64,000 nt of DNA, taken from positions 1 to 64,000 of the forward strand of contig CAJNYD010000074.1 of NCBI GenBank assembly GCA_905331295.1. The letters are read 5' to 3'. The notes beneath the pieces were generated by a model. The model was given only the letters and a program-made list of their open reading frames with translations. It was not told where the DNA came from and did no database searches. How positions within the stretch are numbered: position 1 is the stretch's first letter; each line of letters starts with the position of its first letter. The DNA comes from Rotaria socialis. Lineage: Eukaryota. Made by a program: the position numbers and the translations under genes. Positions 1 through 12,763 of this stretch are shown one piece after another.

Positions 1-3000
1 AATAGTTTCATTGTTTACAATTCCATTTCACAGTTTTTTTATTTCATTGTATAAGAAAAAAGTATATTTTCAAGACGATAAACAACAAAATATAATACAT
101 GCGGTACATTGACATTAGAAAAATATAAGAAATGCAAAAAGTAACTGAAAAAAATAAAATATTATCGTGCTGTATGCAGTGCGTCATTTAACGCACAATA
201 TTCGCATTTTAAATATGAATTCATTAGAAATGGATTATGATACATGCATGTAGCGCAACATAATCGATCACATGTTATACATTGAGAAACTTGTTCTGTA
301 TTGAAGTGAATGGTGTTGTTGCATTTATAACAAGATCTATATTCATTAAGGTGCCAATTTGTTGGATTTTCATATACACCTGGTGCGTATGAATGACTCA
401 TATTGTAATTAAGCATTGTAGTATATGTTGGTGATGTTGTAGCCGTCAACGACGAGTTATAGCTTATTTGTTGTGGATAAGGTTGAAATGAGGCATTGTT
501 TAATGCTAATTGATCAACATGTGGAACATTCATATAAACATTGTTGGCTACTGGATTTTCAGGAAGCGCTTTTTTCTTCCTTTGACGTGTACTAAACGAA
601 ATAAATTGTTTCATTTATAATAGTATGAAAATTTCCTACCCTATAGTTTTTGTTTTTGGCTGTAAGTTTTCTTTGTTGGATCTTTTTACTCGCGTAGTTT
701 CTTTCTTTTTAATTTTCATATAGGCATCAACGCTGGTAATGCTTTCACCATAAGGACGATCTATTTTTCTCTTTGTTCCTTTCGTTGCTACTACAGTTGG
801 TGTCATGTGGTTCTTGATGGCAACTGTAATAGCATCGACCACTGAATAATCCGATGTTTCTAAATATGCAACTGTTGATAATGGTTGTGTGCTAGAACCA
901 ATACGATATTTTGTTTCACGTTCAAAACTATTGTGATTGTTGCTATCTTTGTTGTTGCTACTATTTGTATTGTAATTAATATCTAGGTAAATTAGACAGT
1001 TAAAAACCAAGCATGTAAAATTAGCAAAAGATACCTGGTTTTTGTGTAAAAGTATCATCTAATTCAGTAGTATTAGATGATGCATGATTTTGAAAAATCA
1101 TCGGATCTAGAGTAGAAAAAATATTATATTTTCGATAAGTTTTTTAAAACCGTTCTACCTGGAACTGGTGATTGATCAAAATCAGGATACAATGTCTTCA
1201 TAGCATCGAATAGTAAGGAAGAGGTACCTATTAAAGTAAAAGTTATGTTTCAGTTTATTTGATAGTAGAATTTTTACTTGTATCTGTCTTGGATATTGTT
1301 GGTGTTTCGTTTGACGTTGAAATGTTATCAAGACTAGAAATATAAACTGATAAAAAATTATTTTAATAATGAACTTAAATTTGGAAAGTTAATTTTGTTT
1401 ATTACTTGGAGATAAAACGTTTATTGTTGATGTATGGATCATTGTAGATATAATTGATTCATCGATAGCAACTAGAAATAAAGAAGTAAATAATAAAAAA
1501 AATATTTATCTCCTGTACCTGATTCTGTAGAAATAATCGTTGGCAAAGTATGAATAAGACTGCTGTTGTTCGATAAACTATTGTTAATCAAATCCGATGA
1601 AAGGCCTAAAATAGAAAAATTCATACTTGTAAACATATTAATTTTATACTACTTGAGCAAAGAGTTGGACACGATGACCATCGATGAAATATAGAAGTAT
1701 TCGTGGTGACTAATGATGTGTCATTAATATGATCTGTTGTCGGTGAATGATTTGCTGATGTATCACACCCCAATGTAGTTGCTGGTGGAAGAAGTTTTTC
1801 TTTCGAGATCGCACGTTTATCAAAAGGATAAACACCAGCTTTTGAAAAACCACCAGCACAATGAGAAGGTAACAAGTGGTTCCTGAATAGATTTGATATC
1901 TAAAAACATTAAAAGTGAAACATTATTAAATTAAGAACATAGAACTTACTAAGAGACTGAACTTTTGTTTCGAAACTGGTTCAGCATTCGTTTCCTTGTA
2001 GTGATTCTGGAGAAGTTTTCTCCAATTTGTCTTGACCTTTGATAGTGTTAATACATCGAGGGGCTGTAGAATCGTAGTGGTGTGTGGTGGTAGACATTCA
2101 AGATGTATACCATTGTCCATGCAATATTTGATAATTCTCGTAGATAAATGCGAATAATGACCATCCATGATAAGCAATAGAGGCCTTTTTACCATCTTAA
2201 CAGCTGGAGTAAAATGATTGCATAGCCAATCATAAAAAGTACTTTCGTCGCTCCAACCAGATGGTGTTGCATTGTACCGTGAACCAGGATAACCATTTCT
2301 TGGAATCCATGTATCAAATAATCTTTGAGCTCGAAAAATTATGTAAGGAGGAAGAAATTTAATAGAAAAAAAAAGAAAGGTGTGACAATCGATAATATCA
2401 CTTACTTTCCAGACGCCGATGTACACATTAGAAGAGTTGTGTAGCATTTTCCTGAACCACCTTGGCTAGAAATTGCATATTTTGAATTTCGTTTGATGAT
2501 CACTTGTTTACACCCTGGATCGTCACCAAAAGCGGACTCGTCTACGTTGTAAATTGCTTCTGGTCGATCGAATAGATTTAACTTTGTCAAGACTTTGTTT
2601 AAATGATCGAACCAACGATCTAAAAGGTATTGTCAAGTAATAAAGAACATTATTAACTTATTCTTACCAACTACCAGCTGAGTGCAAGACAACGATCTAA
2701 CACTTTCCAATTTACTTGTTTCAACGAATTTTATTTCATTAAACCATCTTTTTTGAAAACCATTGAACCACTCACGCAGTAATGAATCTTCTGTAATTTT
2801 CTTTTTGTTCATCTCAATCATAAATGTACGTGCTATAGATGTAAAATCCGATCTTGTTAATGGATGTTGCCACTCTTGAAATTTATGTATTACATGTATA
2901 AGAAATTTTTCTTCACCATCCGACAATATTTTGTTTCCGCATGGGTTACCACCACGACTACCAGACAGCCGTGAATAAAGAGTTGCAATAGGTATACGAT

Positions 3001-4160
3001 AGTTGTTAGATGCTTCAATTACTGTTGTTTTACCATCACCAATAAGATCTAATGCTAGTTTTAAATCAGCAATTGAATAAGTAGGTGTTTTCTTTCGAAT
3101 ATAGGTACGTGGCATTTAGAGAAGATCTAAAAAAAGTATTATTTTTAAGTATTAAATATAATCACAAAACAAGAAGCAATAATTAGACAGGTCTCAGCAT
3201 TCGACGCTATCAGAAAGAAAGATTTGTTTAAAAAGGACGTCCCTGAATTAATTTATGAAGATGCTTCTTTCATTGCAGCAAATAAAACAATGAACGATAA
3301 CTGAACCATACGAAACAGAAGATTATTTTTTTATACAATCACCAATCTCTTCTATCCTATAATGTACAGCTGGTAGCGCTCTTGTAAGATAAAATAATTG
3401 TCACCAATTTACGACCATATTTATATCATTAAATACCTTTGGTCATTTTCTTTTTCTCATTTCGACCCTAATTTGTTAAAAAAGAATGCTTATATTTTTT
3501 TAAGTTTCTTAATAATAATCTAGTATTGTAGATCTTGAAAGTCCCCTGGATTTTCACTCTTGAATTACTTTAAAAGCTTATTGAATTCATAAGTAAATTG
3601 TATTTTACGAGATCCAGCAAAGTCTGCTGAGTTTATACATTTACCCCAGTGACACCAGCGTGATTTCACACTCACCCCATATGAGGTAAATATTTTCGAT
3701 ATTTTACGAAATTTATTTTTGGAGCTGTTTTTGCTAGCTTTCTAAAAAAAGTTTGATTTTGACTTATAGAGTTAAGATTAGTTTAGAGTGATAGAGAAAT
3801 GTTTGAGCTATCTATTGATGAAAAGAAACACACATAAATGAAGCATCAATCTCTCAAGAATTGTGTTTTACAGAACTCATATAAAATAGCAGGGATTATA
3901 CATTTACCCCAGTGATGCAAGCATGATTATACATTCACCCCAACAGGGGTGAATGTAAACTCGAAAAATCGGGATCAAAGAATACCCTGCAGATAGCTCT
4001 ACGTACAGGGTTTTCAGTTGATTTTTTCACCGATCGATAGAGTGTCATCTTAGCTAGGTGTCTTGTGACCAAAACTTTTCTTTAAAATAAAAGCTAAAAA
4101 AGTTATTGCATTTTTTCTGATGCATGCTATTTTTCATTTTACACTTACCCCCACTTACTC
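1..4160 (-). mobile_element. pogo/Fot-like (Tc1/mariner superfamily) DNA transposon; other end lies outside the window
   Basis: Contains the transposase below. Terminus at 4160 reads GAGTAAGTGGGGGTAAGTGTAA on the minus strand, abuts TA (4161-4162), and has subterminal YACAYTYACCCC repeats. Confidence 0.85.
162..3115 (-). CDS. Multi-exon pogo/Fot-like DDE transposase (HTH-psq/CENP-B HTH, DD35D core, C-terminal Cys-rich finger), possibly defective
   Basis: N-terminus MPRTYIRK...YRIPIATLYSR and EWFNGFQKR; catalytic motifs YNVDES, LIMDGHYSH, LPPHTTTILQPLD with 35 residues between the last two Asp. About 10 short exons. Last exon (591-162) joins in frame and has CYKC/CITC/CCATC/CEYC. Confidence 0.85.
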
Positions 4161-4162
4161 TA

Positions 4163-7100
4163 TAGAATTCAAGAATAAATTGTTTATAGCCAGTAGATAA
4201 ATTTCTACAGTTGTTATACGTCCTGATAGAAATTTTCGTGAGATCAGAATAACATGAACTGTGTTTCTTGTAGACAGAGCCAAGTACAAAATTTTATGTT
4301 TTTTTAAATGAAATATTATTTACCTTTTTGGATTTGGTAGATCCCACACACATGTACCATGATGAACAACAAGATTGAGACAATGAGCAAGACAAGCATA
4401 TCGAGGACCAAGTACGCTTGAAGATGCTCCACTTTTGATGTCGGGACCGTTATCAGTAATAATGCCTGATAAAATGCGTGTACCTAATCCAAAACGTTCT
4501 TTTTCATACTCGAAAAATGATCTTATATTGATAGTCAATTTTTGTTCATTAAATTGATGAAACGATAATGGTAATGAAACAAAATCAAATTCCATAGAGA
4601 ATGTATGTAGAGAGAGTGAAATAATATGTTGATGAGAGACATCTTTCCATAAATCACTAGTAAAGGCAATTGGACCAATATGAGGCAAAACAGATTTAAG
4701 ATCAAGAATATGCTGATGATATTGATTATGTATACGTAAGGAAAGTGTACCACGATCAGGAGGCTTGTAACCAGGTTCAAGTAAATCAAGAAGTTTAATT
4801 ATTGCATCATGATTAAATAGATTGAATGGTAGACCACCTTCGACGATGCAATTCAATACAGCTTCGTCAATTTCACGTTTACGTGGTACAGCCAAATGAT
4901 TAGAAGAGGTTTTATTGATTTTTAAAACTCGTTGTTCTTCTTGAGATTTAAACGCATAATCTGTTAATTTGTGAACTAGAAGATGAGATCTTAAATTAGC
5001 TGTACCACGACCAGTCTGTTTGATCACCTAAATTATTAAACATGAAATAATTTGATTTTTTTAAGCTATAGCTTATATTATAGATTTTATATGTCATTAA
5101 CTGAAGCAAACTTTCTTTCATCGATAGGACGAGATTATTTCCTTTAAGATGGATTAAACAATTTTTCATGATATATATAAGTACTTCGTTTGGAAAAGAT
5201 TGTTTAGGAAAATCTCAAAATTCTCAAATATATTTCAACAAGAATTTTTTAATAAATTATTCAACTACGAAAGAAAAGAAATCGAGGTACCTTTAGTTCA
5301 TCTATGCACAATGTACATTTGTACATTCCTTCAGATTGTTTTTCAAACAATTGATAGACTTCCATTGAGAGCTTTTTTCCGGATGCAGTAGTTGTTTTCT
5401 TTTGTGTCATATGTTCGTCAATCTCAAATTGGTAATTTATTTGAATTGATGTTTTCATTGACCAATCGATTTTGATTATTTAGTTCAATAACACTAACAG
5501 TATCTGATCTCATATCGAATTCATCATCATCTTCATTATTGTGTAAACTTTCGACATATCGTGAGTTATTGATTGACGGAAGAACAGTTGATGAGCGTGA
5601 GTTGGTGTTAATGATGGAAGAATAAGTAGATTTTCTTAATCGATCATTTTGTTCTAAAATCAGAAGAAAAGATTCGTGAAAAATACTGTATTTTCTTAGT
5701 TCATATATGGTAGCTGCTCATATTATGAGTTTTTTTAGAAAACGTATGATGGAAACTTATGAAATGAAAATTTTTAGGATAGCCTTAGTTTCTGCCGAAT
5801 CCATGAAATTTCACTAAATCGAAGAATCAGAAAAGCAATTTTTTCAGACTTAGTCGACTAATCACAAAAATCTTTTATTTTTGAAAATAGAAATAGAGAT
5901 ATTATGTTGACATTTTATCCGTGTAAGTAATAACAATAGAAAGAAAAACAATAGGTACTTTGACTTCTTCGATAAAACTTGTATAATTATACTGTTGTGT
6001 ATATTATAAAGACATTGAAAAGAAGAGTCTCAGTTATGGTGTTGCAAAGTAAAATATAGTGGGTAATATCTTAATCTTTCCTATAGGCAGTATGTCAGTG
6101 TCCCTAATCATAATCAGTAACTACAATAGATAACGAAAATTCGACCATTTTATATGGTGAATTTACTTACGTGTCGATGATTCTCGTCTTCGACGAATAA
6201 TACTCGATGATGACGGAGATCGACTAGCTAAAGTACGATGCAAAATATGATTATCCGTAGATGATCTTGATGGTCGCGTTCGTAAACTATTAGAACGAGT
6301 TTGAGGACGTGGTGGTAAATGATTCGAACTTGAATAAGCATCACGATTTTCAGCAGTCATAGAATGGGCAAGAAATGAAGAAACGTCGCAATGTCTGTTG
6401 GAACTAATGAAATGTTTGAAACGGAGAAAAGGTTAACCAATATCTCCGTTCTTCAAAACAAACCCGACTAATAGAAATGAAAATAATCAGGCACAACACG
6501 ATTAGCTGTTCTCTTTCGTTTTATTTACTACAAGCTGGCGTGACTGAGACACTGAATCTTTGGTTTACTTTTATTTTGCTTTCTCTTTCTGCGTCGAATG
6601 TATAGAACTTCTTATCAAAGAGAAAATATTTTTATACTTTTCTGTGTTTTCTTTCGTCCTAATCTTATGAATAAAGTGAGAATTAAGCGAGCAATGTGTT
6701 GATACGGACTATTATAGTTTATTTTAAAAATTCAATAAGTATTCGTCCAACAACACAAGAAAATAAGAGAAATAAGAGAGACAAACACGAAAAATAAAAA
6801 AAGTACCACAAAGTTTATATGCGTTGGTCTATCTACTTGTAGCATCAGGGCTTGCCTTGAATAGCAGTACATATCTTACGATAATAACGTCATATGTAAA
6901 ATGGAGATATTATAGAAAGAAGATCACACCACACCACATAAACGACGAAGTACAATATAATTAAGATGAAGAAAAAAAAATAAAGTCATCGAGGGTGACT
7001 TCAATAACATAATGATGTTATTCATTTTATCTCACAGCCAGAGATGCATTAAACGGATGTTCAACAGATAAATCGTGGTTTTATTTTTAGTTGTGTTCAA

Positions 7101-7710
7101 ATCTACCAGAATTCATTGATATAATTGCAGGTTTTATAACCAACACATATTCAACGATTTTAAGAAAATGCTTTTTATTTTTTGTACATGTACGCAGGCA
7201 TAAAAATACAGAATGTTTGATAAATATTTAAAGAATCATAGTCAGGATAAATAAAAAAAAACCTGTAGTACATCTTTTACGAAAAGATAATTATTCACCT
7301 CGACATTTATCATATAGAATTTGCATGATATATGATGCTCACACCGTAAAAGACTCTCAGAATGGACTTTCCATTAATCAAAATCAATATTTGATGAAAG
7401 AAATTATCGTTTCTGAAAAAAATATCCATGTAGATCTGTCGCAGCCAAATATAAATACAATAGTTTTCTTAAATAAATGTTAGAAACGAAATCTCAATAA
7501 ATAGAAACTGCCAGTAACTCTAAATTGATATATTGATAAGATGCTACATAATCGCGATAGGTATTAGTATTATATTAACAGTTATTCAAATACTAATACC
7601 AAGGTGTTAACTAATACTCCTAATACTAATGCAAAAGTATTAATATATTATTTTAATACTAATGCAAAAAGTATTAGCATTTTCTAAATACAAATGCTAA
7701 GCCAGCACTC
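4163..7710 (-). mobile_element. hAT (Ac-like) DNA transposon, 5' half, interrupted by the pogo element
   Basis: Contains a hAT transposase gene. Terminus near 7710 (minus strand GAGTGCTGGC, close to a CAGTGCTGG-type hAT end) followed by clustered AATACTAAT/GTATTAG subterminal repeats at 7560-7700. Confidence 0.75.
4323..6360 (-). CDS. BED zinc-finger hAT transposase, 5' exons (partial)
   Basis: Exons at about 6360-6171, 5653-5291 and 5027-4323. BED finger YKCTLC...GTANLRSHLLVH is split by an intron; hAT motifs LPFN, FTSDLW, ITDNG, CLAHCLNLVV are present. Ends at a GT donor near 4322. Confidence 0.85.
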
Positions 7711-8600
7711 CTATGAAAGAGCGATTCCTTAACGACGTTCGGGTTTCTTAGTTATTTTATTGAAATCTAAGGTGTTTAGATTTTGAAATCTTTGCTATTT
7801 CTTCTTTGATTCTTTCCCTTACACATAACTATGACTCGTAAATATATTGCTCACTGAATTTTGATGTTAATTCAAATGTTTTTATACATTGTTAAACAAA
7901 TAAACATAACTTATGATTATTTCAACTGAAAACAATAATTACTGAGCTTTGTTTACTCAATATTTCCATCGCTATCATCATATTTTTCAGTTCGTAATGC
8001 ATGTGATCATATTCGACATTTCATTTTTTTTAGAATAAAAGCTTCAATTGATTTTAACAATTATTCTTTGAACATATGTATGACTTTGATATAAATTTTT
8101 TAACTAAAATGAATTGAAGAAAACTTCCGTTGAATTCAGCTACAAGCAAATGATGATCATGGTTCATTGTTGTATATTTTTCTCTTTTCAATCTACATTG
8201 ATTATTATTTTTAGTTGCAGTACTTGAACTTCGAAAAAAACCATAAGAAATCCATTGGAAATAAAAAAAACTGCGCGAGAAGAATTAGCTATAGCAGAAG
8301 AAAATGACGAACCAACTGAAGAACATCGTCTTTGTTGAGGCCATTGAAATTAATTTGATTTTTATAACAATTAATTGTTTTTCAAAGGATTTATTTTTTA
8401 CTCCTGTTAATAATGATTTTCTTTTAGCTACAATCGGGCTTGTTTTTCAGCGGCAGCTGGCTTTTTGAATGTATGATGGAGCTTGCTTTCTTATTTTCAA
8501 AAATATATACAGATCAATGCATATATTTTGTCTTAGTAATATACACCTATAGATGAGATGTTTTCTTAGATTATAAAAAATGATCTCAATCATAGAGAAT

Positions 8601-8960
8601 ACCTAGGTCGATGATTCCGGACTTCGGAACCGACCGGAACGGAAGGAAGCGACGTAATTTTCCGATACTTCCGGTGATTTCCGAGTACATTACAATCGAA
8701 AACGGACCGGAAAACTATCCGGAAACTGGGAGCAGTATTCCGTTTGGAAATCACCATATTGTAACCGGAGTATTCCGCACTATTCCTGCCACCGTAACCA
8801 TTGAGAAAAATTCCCGGAACCGACCTGTGATCAAAATAAATACAAACGGAACACGCGACTTAACTAACGAAATCCGACCGATTCCAACTGGGAAAATTCC
8901 GTAAGTTCTAATCTTCCTGAAATCATGCACAGATTTCCCGGCACCGCCACACCTCATCAT
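8601..8960. repeat. GC-rich island of dispersed CCGG/CGGAA/TTCCG motifs, probable DNA transposon terminus
   Basis: Abrupt start at ta|CCTAGGTCGA, then many CCGGA/TCCGG/TTCCG units in both orientations in an otherwise AT-rich region. No partner end found. Confidence 0.45.
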
Positions 8961-11093
8961 CCTGGATAGTCGCATCCGCAAAAAAGTAAATTTCCAGCCA
9001 GCTTCCGTAATGCTAATAATCTCACGCACTGCTTCAAAATCATTCACTATACCATAGCAGACGAAAACAGATGCCAACCTTACTACTATAAACTTCAGGT
9101 ATTTCGAAGACTTCTTCCTCGAAATCAACGGAGAAAGACCCTTGAAAGTCTTTTTAATTCATTACCTCCCATTTGAGGGAATAGCTGTCTAATTCGAGTT
9201 CGAATAGAAATGGAGAAAAAAAAGTTAAACTAAAACTATCGATATATGCGACATATTAATACATATATACCCTTCACTCGCGCCCACATTTGAGCATTCC
9301 TCCATAGTAACCATCATCAACACCCACATTTAAAGTACCCCGCATACCCCTCCTACTCACCTCCTCACTCGTAACGCCACCCACAGTTACCAGTTTATCC
9401 CCTCAACTCACCCCCATTCCATCTAAAACTAAATCTATTTCTATCACTTATTTTCGAATTGATACCATGCAGTTGAGCGTCCATTTATATTCGAATTCGA
9501 ACTAGGCATCTCATGATTTTAGTAAAGTTACAACTCAAATTAATCTATGAACTAGATATTTAACATGAATCTGCACAAATAAATCATAGATCAAATCAAA
9601 CTGACTTTTTCTAACTCGATTTCGGTTAGCTTTATCCTCTTTTTTGTTCAAATCCATCTGGATTCATTTTACTTCGGCGCGTTTTCTGTCTAGAATGTAC
9701 ATATTCATTCCCGGGTGCACATTTACAGATAGATAACTCTAAGGTTTACATCTTTTGAATCAAATCCACTCGCAATCAGGAAAAACTAAATTTATTCAGA
9801 TAATTACGACAACTATAAATTTCAAATATTTCACACGACTTGCGCAATTATTTCACGACCTGTCTTCGAAAGAACTTCAAGATATCTCCTAGTTTCGAAA
9901 ATTGTTTCAACTTTTCTGATGGAGACCACGTGTAACTATTCAATAATTCTGCAAAGCCTGTAGTCTTATAATCACAACAGATTTTTAACTGAGCGGTTAG
10001 TCGCCTCCACTAGTTTTGTTGTATATATGCGGTGAACGTGATCCTTTTCAACACTGCATGGTTGATTGAAAGCTTCGTTTCATTATATAATTATTAGATG
10101 AAAACAAAGAAAATTTTCAGGAAACCCGAAAACAACTGCTATGGGGCTAATTTAATTCAGTTTCATCTATATATGAAAAAAATTACTCGCAATTTTGAGA
10201 AGAATAAGACAAGATTCCTGAGTACTTGGACAGTTTGCGAACGTTCGTAGATGCGCTAATCTAGAATTCTACGTGTTAAGTTTGAATAAATTCTTCGTGC
10301 TACAATAAAAGTTGACATATCAAATATAAACTGAAGACTTCGGAAAAAGCCTTCAACGATTTAGTGTTTATACACAAAATACAGACATGTAGTTATGTTC
10401 AACTGTTTGTTGAAAAGGACCTTAGTGCACCATTCTCCAAAATCATGTTTGTTTAAATAATCAAATTTTTGTACGCAATGAAACAAGGACATATCCAGGT
10501 GAGCAGCTAGTCGCTCGTCGGCGACCCTCTGGGACGCCAATCACGAATAGCCGTTGCCAAATTAATAATCAACTTCACCACAAGATGCCTATAGCCGATG
10601 CGTAATAAAATCCAATATAAGCATACGATATATACGTATATACCACTATCAACATCATCGAATGATACCGCTAAAAATTTTGCCGACAAAGAATTGCTAT
10701 CACGAAAATACAATGATTTAAACAGCTCCTAATGCATTATAAACTTGTTGGAACTATGAAAGATTATTAAGCATTTAATACTCGATCCAGCGACAGCCGC
10801 TACCTTATTTGAATCAACTTTATTTATTTTGTTTAGGATCATAACCACTAATAACGTCGTTGTGGTACTCCTAAACGCTTTCGAAATACCAGTCACTCGT
10901 CAGTTGCTGGTCACTTAGTTTTACTTTTTGAAAAAGCTCACATGTTCATTCTGTACAATGGACTTCAAAAATCTGATCTCCGATTCGACTCCCTCGAGCC
11001 CGACAGCATCTGATCAAACTTTGCAAGGAAAACTATTTTCTCGAAAAGCATTTTTTCACTAAAAAGTTGAGGGTCATAAACTCTGAAAATCTC

Positions 11094-11257
11094 ACGCCAG
11101 ATTAGTTCCCCGACCCCGATTACCTTCGGTCAACCCTTATAAAAAAACTAACATTGTCCTAAAAAAGTCTTTCTCTATCCTAAAAAAAAGCAAAATACAA
11201 AATTTCAAAAAACTAACAACGCCATCAGCTTCCCCAACCCCGGTTACCTTCGGTCAA
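11094..11257 (+). repeat. Imperfect ~40-bp direct repeat, two copies about 125 bp apart
   Basis: ACGCCA..AGTTCCCCGACCCCGATTACCTTCGGTCAA (11094-11133) versus ACGCCATCAGCTTCCCCAACCCCGGTTACCTTCGGTCAA (11219-11257). Confidence 0.75.
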
Positions 11258-11820
11258 ACCTATCCCTGCAGGATACTGTTTGAGGTTAGTTAAGTTTATG
11301 CATCTATTTTCCTATTGGACGAGCGAACGAAGGCATTTAACTCGTTTTTGGTAATACCCTCCTGTCAGTAGAGAGAATAGCAAGAAAAGAAGTATTCTGT
11401 TTACAATGTAGTATGAATTCCATACTTTCACTGATTATGAAATTCTGATGAGCTATTCGGCAGACAAACATGATTGAAGCTCCCATGCCGGATACTTTAG
11501 ACACGAACCATCTTCATCGTCCATTGATGCAATTATATAAGAGTATTCGATCAATTAAGAGCTAGATGCTCTGACTCATACTTATAATAAACAAGGGCAA
11601 AAAACGAAATCCACTTTTCACCCTGCCGAACACTGCAGAAAATAATGATGATTATATTATTGATGGATCTTACATATTTTTGGCGTAAAATAATTGTGGT
11701 GCTGTTACACAAAAGCTTCCAGCGCTTATGTTCCAACTCACTATATGATACACATTTATGTATAAATAAAATTTATTTATTTCATCGATTAGTACTTATC
11801 CCGGATGATCATTTTCATCT

Positions 11821-12431
11821 GAATTGGTGGAAAAGAAAAACGCCGAAAAGGAAAATGTCGAAATGGAAAAGTATAATTAATAAAAGTGTCGAAGAAAAAT
11901 TACTAGAGGAAAACGTAGAATGAAAAAGATGCCTATAGATAACAAATTTCTTTTTTGAGTTGGTATTGGTTGTTAGTGGGATAAGTTAAATTCGTTGTCC
12001 TCGTCGTCTATAGTATATACTTGTTCATTGTTAGCGTATACTATATATATATAAATCAGTCTGGCGAAAACAACCAACAAATAATTCTCTCTTCAATCGT
12101 TGTCAATGAACAGTGAAATATCATTCTTAACGACTAATAAAGGTAAACCATTACTAGCGTTTAAGCAATATATGTTCATATGCAATAAAACGTCCTCATC
12201 AGAAAAGTATTGGGTTTGTATTGAACATAGATGCGACATATCTGTGCACACCAATTTAGAAAATAAAGTTTTATTTGTCTTTAAAATTATCAAAAAACTC
12301 AATTTTCGACATTTACCTTTTCGGTGTTTTCCTTTTTCTACTTTTTTCATTCGACGATTACAATTTCTGTATTTTCCCCTTCTATGTTTGCCTTTTCGAC
12401 GTTTTCCCTTTCTGCCTTTTCCACCAAGCCC
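11821..12431 (+). mobile_element. Internally deleted Mutator-like element (MULE)
   Basis: 9-bp TSD TTTTCATCT at 11812-11820 and 12432-12440. Imperfect TIRs (TTGGTGGAAAAG...GTCGAAA / TTTTCGAC...CTTTTCCACCAA). Internal FLYWCH-type fragment MNSEISFLTTNKGKPLL...KYWVCIEHRC...VHT at 12106-12270. Confidence 0.88.
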
Positions 12432-12763
12432 TTTTCATCTCTATAGAAATTTTATTTTCTCTAATTTTATTCTGTTTTTATTAAATTGAACACTTTAGTT
12501 TTTTTTTGTCGATCAATATATTAACCGATAAAAGACTTTTGCATCAGGAAAATATTCTTGTAAAGAAGAATTCGAATATTTTGTTTCACCGTATAATTTT
12601 AATTCCTTTGTTTTGGTACAAGTAATTCGTGTAGTATTTCTTGTGCAATTGTGTGTTACTCGTTGTATAGATTTATCATGAATGTCAAGAAGAATACTGT
12701 TTGGTAAATACGTTTTAGCATCACGCAGAATTTGTTCATCATGCACTTCAACCAGAACAAGTT

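Noticed and set aside
8611..9128. Overlapping ORFs on both strands
   Set aside because: They arise from a GC-rich repeat with few stops and show no protein motifs.
11440..11490. CTGATGA core suggesting a hammerhead ribozyme
   Set aside because: No stem II followed by GAAA, and no stem III.
9430..11640. Coding-like fragments between the transposons
   Set aside because: Many stops in the frames examined and no motif I could assign.
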